A DNA stretch of 64,000 nt. Source: Rebecca billardiae RCC1528. Its lineage: Eukaryota > Protista > Haptophyta. How positions within the stretch are numbered: position 1 is the first letter of the stretch; every line of letters starts with the position of its first letter. The position numbers and the translations under genes are program-made. The stretch lies in contig OZ251240.1 in the NCBI GenBank assembly GCA_965240325.2, positions 1,364,001-1,428,000 of the forward strand, read 5' to 3'. The notes under the pieces were generated by a model. It worked only from the letters and a program-made list of their open reading frames with translations, was not told where the DNA came from and searched no databases. Positions 59,027 through 64,000 of this stretch are shown here, in pieces.

Positions 59027-62000
59027 CTACCAGCGCTGCTGGGGCTGCCACTGGGGCTGCTGTGGAGGCTGCCAGCCCTGAGAGCTGTTGGTGCCGTCGT
59101 GCTGCTTGCCGTGCGGCATGCCGCCGTGCGGCATGCCGCCGACACCGCCGTACCCAAAGCCGTACCCACCGCCAGCAAAGCCGGCCGATGGGTCGTAGTG
59201 GCAGCCGGCGTAGCCCTGGGAAGCATAGTCGCCCCCATAGACGCCCGCGCCGGCGACCCCTGCTGCGTACGGCCCAGCGTGGTCGAATTGCGCGCCGGCG
59301 TGCTGCGCCAGCCCGAAGTTGGCCGCGGCGCCGTACGCGCCGCCGCCACCGTGGCCGTCGGCCTCCGCCGCGTACGCGCCGTCGGCAGCAGCTGGCCCGT
59401 AGTTGTGCCCCACGGCGGCGTAGGGCGCTTCGCCAGAGGCCTGCTGCGGCGCCACCCCACCCGCCCAGTACGCGCCGGGCACGAAGGGCGCTCCGTCGGC
59501 ATGGAGCGTGTGCTGCGAGTGCGGCGCGGCCGGCGCGAACGACTGCACGGGCGGCAGCGGCTGCAGCGGCGCGAGCGGCGGCGCCGCGGTGTTTGCCGCG
59601 CCGCCGCCAAAGATGCCCGGGGCGCACGAGTGGGCGTACGTCGCGTCGGACGTGACGGCGGGCGGGGCGCCGCTCGACTCGGGCGGCGTCGAGAAGAGCG
59701 GCTGCCGCTCGGCGGCTGCGCGCGATCCGTCCTGCGCGCCACCGGAGCGCCCGGCGGGCGTGCCGATGGGCGCCGCCGCCACGGCGGCGCCTGCCGCGCC
59801 GGCGACGGGCGCGGCCGCGGTCGACGCCATCACGCATGCACGCCACGCGTCCTCGATGGCGGCGTCGTCGTCCGCGCCGTGGGGAGCGCCGCGCCCGACC
59901 GCTGCGCTGCGCCCTTCACGCGCCTTCGCCGCCGGCCCCGTCTTTGGCGCGGCGGCGTGCCCCGACGAGGCCGCCGCCGCCGCCGCCGGCGGCGGCGGCG
60001 CGAGCGCCACGCCGGAGGCCGCCGCCGCGGCCGCGGAGGCAGGCCGTCCGATCGGCCGCTGCGGCGCGCGCGCCGCGGCCGCGTGGGAGGGCGGCGGGGC
60101 GTGCGCAGGCTGGGCGGCGGGCGCGGGCGGCGGCGCTGCGTGCGCCGCGCGGCTGCCGGCGAGCTTGTCGAGCGCCGGCGCGCCGTGCGGCTGCGGCGCC
60201 CCGCCGGCGGGCGGCGCTCGCGGCTGCGTCCACGCCTCCTGCGGGCGGGGCGGCGCGGGCGGCGCCGGGGGCGCCCAGCCGGCGGCGGCGGCGGGCTGGG
60301 CCGGCGGCGGCGGTGGCGGGTGCGGCGCAGCGCGAGGCTGCTGGGCGGGCGCGGGCTGCGTGGGCTGTCGCGCCCCGCCCTGCGGCTGCCGCGCTGCGCC
60401 TTGCGCGTGCGGCGGTTGCCGCTGCTGCTGCGGCTGCGGCTGCGGCAACGGTGGCGGCGGCGGCGGCGGCGCGTCACGCTGCGGCGGCGGCTGCTGCTGC
60501 TGCTGCTGCTGCTGCGGCTTGAGCTTGGGCTTGCCCTTCTTGCCCACCGGAGCGAACGAGGGCGCGCCGCCGCCGCCGCCGTCGCCGCCAAGCAGCGCGG
60601 GCTCGGCGGGTGCGCGCTGCGCCAGCGCCTGCTGCTCCGCCAGCGCCGCCGCCTCCGCCACGCGGATGGCGGCCGCCTCGGCCGCGCGCGCCTCCGCCTC
60701 CTCCGCCTCGCGCACGACTGCGAGCACGCGCGCCCACTCCTCGTCGCCGTCGGGCGCGCCCATCGCCGCCGCGATGGCGAGGTCGTCGGACGAGACGTCG
60801 GGGGCGCCGGGCGCGCCGGGCGCGCTCGGCGGCGGCGGCGGCGGCGGCGCGCGGCCGGCGGCGCCGCCACCGCCCGCGCGTGCGCCGTGCTGCTGCTGCT
60901 GCTGCTGCCGCTGCTGCTGCCGCTGCTGCTGCTGCGCGCCCCTGCTCGCTTGTGGCGTGCCGGAGAGCACGATCACCTCCTCGTCCTCGTCGCCCGCGTC
61001 GCCCTCGCGCTCCTCTGATCCGCCGCGCGCGGCCGGCTCGGGCGGCGGCGGCGGCGGCGGCGCGGCGCGCTGCTGCTGCTGCTGCTGCCTCGAGCTCGCG
61101 GCGGCGGTGGCGGCGGCGTTGGCGGCGGCGGCGGCCTTTGCGGCGGCGGCCTCGCGCTGCGCCTTTGCGCGCTTCTTCTCCTCCTTCTCCGACTTCTTGG
61201 CGTGCTTCGCCGCCTCGCGCGCGGCGCGCTGCGCCTCCGCCGCCTCCTCCTGCGCCGCGCGCAGCCGCTCCTCGTCCGCCAGCCTGCGCGCAAACTCGGC
61301 GTCCCGCCGCTCCGTCTCGGCGCGCGCCTCCGCCTGCGCGGCGGCGGCGGCGCGCGCCTCGGCCAGCGCGGCCGCGTCTCGCGCGCGCTCGGCCTCGATC
61401 TCGTCGAGCCGCCTGCGCTGGCGCTCCTGCATCTCGCGCTTCCGCGCCTTCTCCTCCGCCTTGCGCTGCGCCGCCGCCGCGCGCTCCTCCGCCGCCTTCG
61501 CCTCGCGCGCCGCGCGCGCCTCCTCCTGCCGGCCGCGCTTGGCGGCCGCCTCCTCCTCCTTGCGCGCGCGCTGCACCGCGGCGTGCGACTCGTCGAGCGC
61601 GGCGAGCACCTGCTGCGGCGGGTCGACGCCGAGCTGCAGCGCGCGCTCAAAGTCCGCGATCGCCTGCGCCGCCACCGCCGCCGCAGCCGCCGCCGCCGCG
61701 CGCGCGCCGCGCGGGGGCGCCGTCGGGCGCATGCTCAGCGGCGCTCGGCGCGGCGCGGCGCGCGGCGCGCTCGGGCGCGCGCCGCCGCCGCGCCGCGTGC
61801 AACCGCGCGCGCACCTCCGGATGTCTGTTGAGCGCGGCGAGCGCCTGGCCGCGGCGCTGGTACGGCTTGCCCCACTGGTCGCCCGTGTCGATCGCGAGCT
61901 GCGCGTCGCTCAGCGCCTTCTCCATCACGCCGTGCTTGAGGTGCGCCGCCGAGCGGTTCGAGTAGAGCACCGCCATGTCATGCGCGCCCGCGCCCTCCGC

Positions 62001-62885
62001 GCCAGACTTGTCGATCGCCTGCGGGGAGGGCACGCCGCGCGCGCGGAGAAGACGAGTTGCGTGAGCGCGCGGGTCGGCGCGCGTGCGCACGGCGCGCCGC
62101 GCACCGCGCGCGCCCACCGTGGTGTAGCAGCGGATGGCGGCGGCGAAGCGCCCCTCCTGGAAGGCCTTGTTGCCCGCGTCCTTGTTGGCGGCCGCCGACA
62201 GCTCCTGCCGAGAGGGGGGCGGGCGCTCCTGCCGGGGGCGGCCGTACCGGTTGTACCGCGAGCGCTCGCCCTCGCCGTCCTCGTCGCTGAAGTCGTCGTC
62301 ATCGTCGTCGTCCTCGTCGTCGAAGCGCGAGCGCCCGCCGCCGAAGCCGCCGCCAAAGCCGCGCGGCGGCGGCGGCGGCGGCGGCGGGCCTCGGCCGCCG
62401 CGCCTGCCGCCGCCGCCGCCGCCGTGCTGGCGGCGCGGGCCACCCGGCATCGGGCCAAAGTGCATGCCGCCACCACCGCCCAGGTCGCCGAAGAAGATGC
62501 TCATCAGCGGATCGGCGAACGGGTCGTCGCCGCCGCGCCGTCGGCCGCCGCCGCCGCCGCCGCCGCGCCGGCCGCGCGGGCCGTGCTGGTGGTGCGCAAA
62601 CATGCGCGACGCGAACGCGTTCGCGAAGAATTGCGAGAGGAAGTCGGCGATGTCCTCGTCGTCCATCGCGTCGTACTCGTCCTCGCTGTCGTCCTTGCCC
62701 GACATGAGCCGCTCCATCGCCATCGTCACCTCCTGCATCTTCTCGGTCGTGTCCACGCCCGGGTTGCGGTCCGGGTGGTGGATCATCGCCTTCTGCTTGA
62801 AGGCCTTGCGGATCGTCGTCTCGTCGGCGCCCTCCTCCACCTCGAGGATCTCGCGCGCTTGCGCGAGGCTGACCTTCGACGCCAT
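59027..62885 (-). CDS. DnaJ (J-domain) plus TPR co-chaperone-like protein with long low-complexity tail (exons 62885-62118, 62018-61815, 61663-59027)
   Basis: J domain 'AREILEV..IRKAFKQKAMIHHPDRN', a G/F-rich region, and TPRs 'KDAGNKAFQEGRFAAAIRCYT', 'LYSNRSAAHL' and 'KPYQRRGQAL..AIADFERAL'. Two GT-AG introns. Confidence 0.88.
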
Positions 62886-63195
62886 GCCTCCGCGCGGCGC
62901 AGTCGGTCCACTCCCCCGATGCACTGTGGCGCGCGCGCGCGCCCCTCCCAGCGATCCCGCGCTGCTCCCGCAGCAGTCCTGGAAGCGTGGGGCTGCGCCG
63001 GTCCGGGCGGGCTCTTGCGGGCCGGACGGACGGGCCGGAGATCTCTCCGCTCCGGATGAAAGCGCTTGGCCAAAGGAATCAAGCTTTGGCTTGGCACTGG
63101 CGCTTCGCTTCGCTGCATCCTCAGCCGCATCGGCTCGGCCCTCGCCCCTCGCTCGCTCGCACGGCCGCCGGGCGCGGGCAACTCGGGCATCGCGA

Positions 63196-64000
63196 ATGAG
63201 CCACCCGTTCGACAACCATCTGGCCCACTGGGAGCTGGACAAGTACCTCAACCAGATAACGGCCGGAATGGTGGACGCTCTGGGGGACCAACCGCCGCCG
63301 CTCCAAGCTGATGAGGCTCCTCCTCGCGGAGGCGCGGCGCAAGCCGACGCGCCCGTGCCGCCCGTGCCGGCCCCGCCGACGTGGGGGGACACGCAGCTGC
63401 GTACGTGGTTGGTCGGTATCCTCTGGCCGGAGGTGATCGATCGGATGGTCGAGCAACGGCCAGAGGTGCTCCTCGCCGCTGAGTACGCATACCAGCGGGA
63501 GATCTGTCAGCGGCTGCAGCAGCAGCGGCAGCAGCTGGAATTGCTGCGGCAGCAGGCGCAGCAGGAGGAGCGGGTCCAGCAGCTGGCGCAGGAGGTCCGG
63601 CGGCTCCAGCAGAGTTGGCAATCCATGGTCCAGCTCGTCCGCACCGACCGGGTCGTGTACGCCTTGCAGGCGCTTGATCCCGCACAGGCGCAGCCGCCTG
63701 CGCCTGTGGAGGTGAACCCGCCCGCGGTGCATCCGCCGGCAGCTCCGGGGCCGGTCGGCGACTGCGCCGGTGTCCCGGCAGCTCTCGAGCCCGCTGTGAG
63801 CACGGGCGGCGCAGCTGGCCCCAGCAGTGCCGGTGGCGGTGCGGTGATCGCAGCGGTGCCGAGCGTCGCCGCCGCGGCGCCAAGCGGCCTCGCCGCGGCG
63901 TCGCAGGCCATCCCGCCTTCTCGGGCCGTCGATCATTCGTCCGGAGAGGGCCAATTCCGCACAAAAGTCCTCAAGGTGTTCAGGAAGGCGGCAAAGGAGT
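63196..64000 (+). CDS. Hypothetical protein with Gln-rich coiled coil (3' partial)
   Basis: Open frame from ATG 63196 (MSHPFDNHLAHWELDKYLNQ...REICQRLQQQRQQLELL...) to the window end. It is absent from the ORF track because it has no stop. Divergent from the DnaJ gene. Confidence 0.65.
   Translation, partial: MSHPFDNHLAHWELDKYLNQITAGMVDALGDQPPPLQADEAPPRGGAAQADAPVPPVPAPPTWGDTQLRTWLVGILWPEVIDRMVEQRPEVLLAAEYAYQREICQRLQQQRQQLELLRQQAQQEERVQQLAQEVRRLQQSWQSMVQLVRTDRVVYALQALDPAQAQPPAPVEVNPPAVHPPAAPGPVGDCAGVPAALEPAVSTGGAAGPSSAGGGAVIAAVPSVAAAAPSGLAAASQAIPPSRAVDHSSGEGQFRTKVLKVFRKAAKE

Overview
Very GC-rich eukaryotic nuclear DNA with spliceosomal introns (donor GTGCGCGC, acceptor CGCAG). The style suggests a haptophyte-type alga such as Diacronema/Pavlova (inference). 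Host genes: a kringle/proline-rich surface protein (partial), a Ser-Pro extensin-like membrane protein, two tandem paralogs of unknown function, a CUB/reelin/filamin-like membrane protein, tRNA-Arg(UCG), an SGNH hydrolase, an IQ/EFCAB10-like protein, condensin II subunit G2, a coiled-coil/PHD protein, an acetyl-CoA transporter, a YbaK-OB-DEDDy exonuclease-DUF3427-like fusion, a DnaJ-TPR protein and one partial ORF. Mobile and repetitive DNA: two adjacent, apparently related non-autonomous DNA transposons with TAG..CTA termini and 7-bp target duplications. The first is a 12.3-kb foldback holding 1.7-kb near-identical inverted arms, two oppositely oriented 214-bp minisatellite arrays and clustered palindromic sites. 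Also present are a 2-kb TIR element, a 3.2-kb CACAGTG-terminated element, an orphan PIF1/Helitron helicase C-terminal half and a 24-copy 229-bp satellite. The best candidates for novelty are the 7-bp-TSD foldback transposon family and the multi-domain tRNA-quality-control-like exonuclease.
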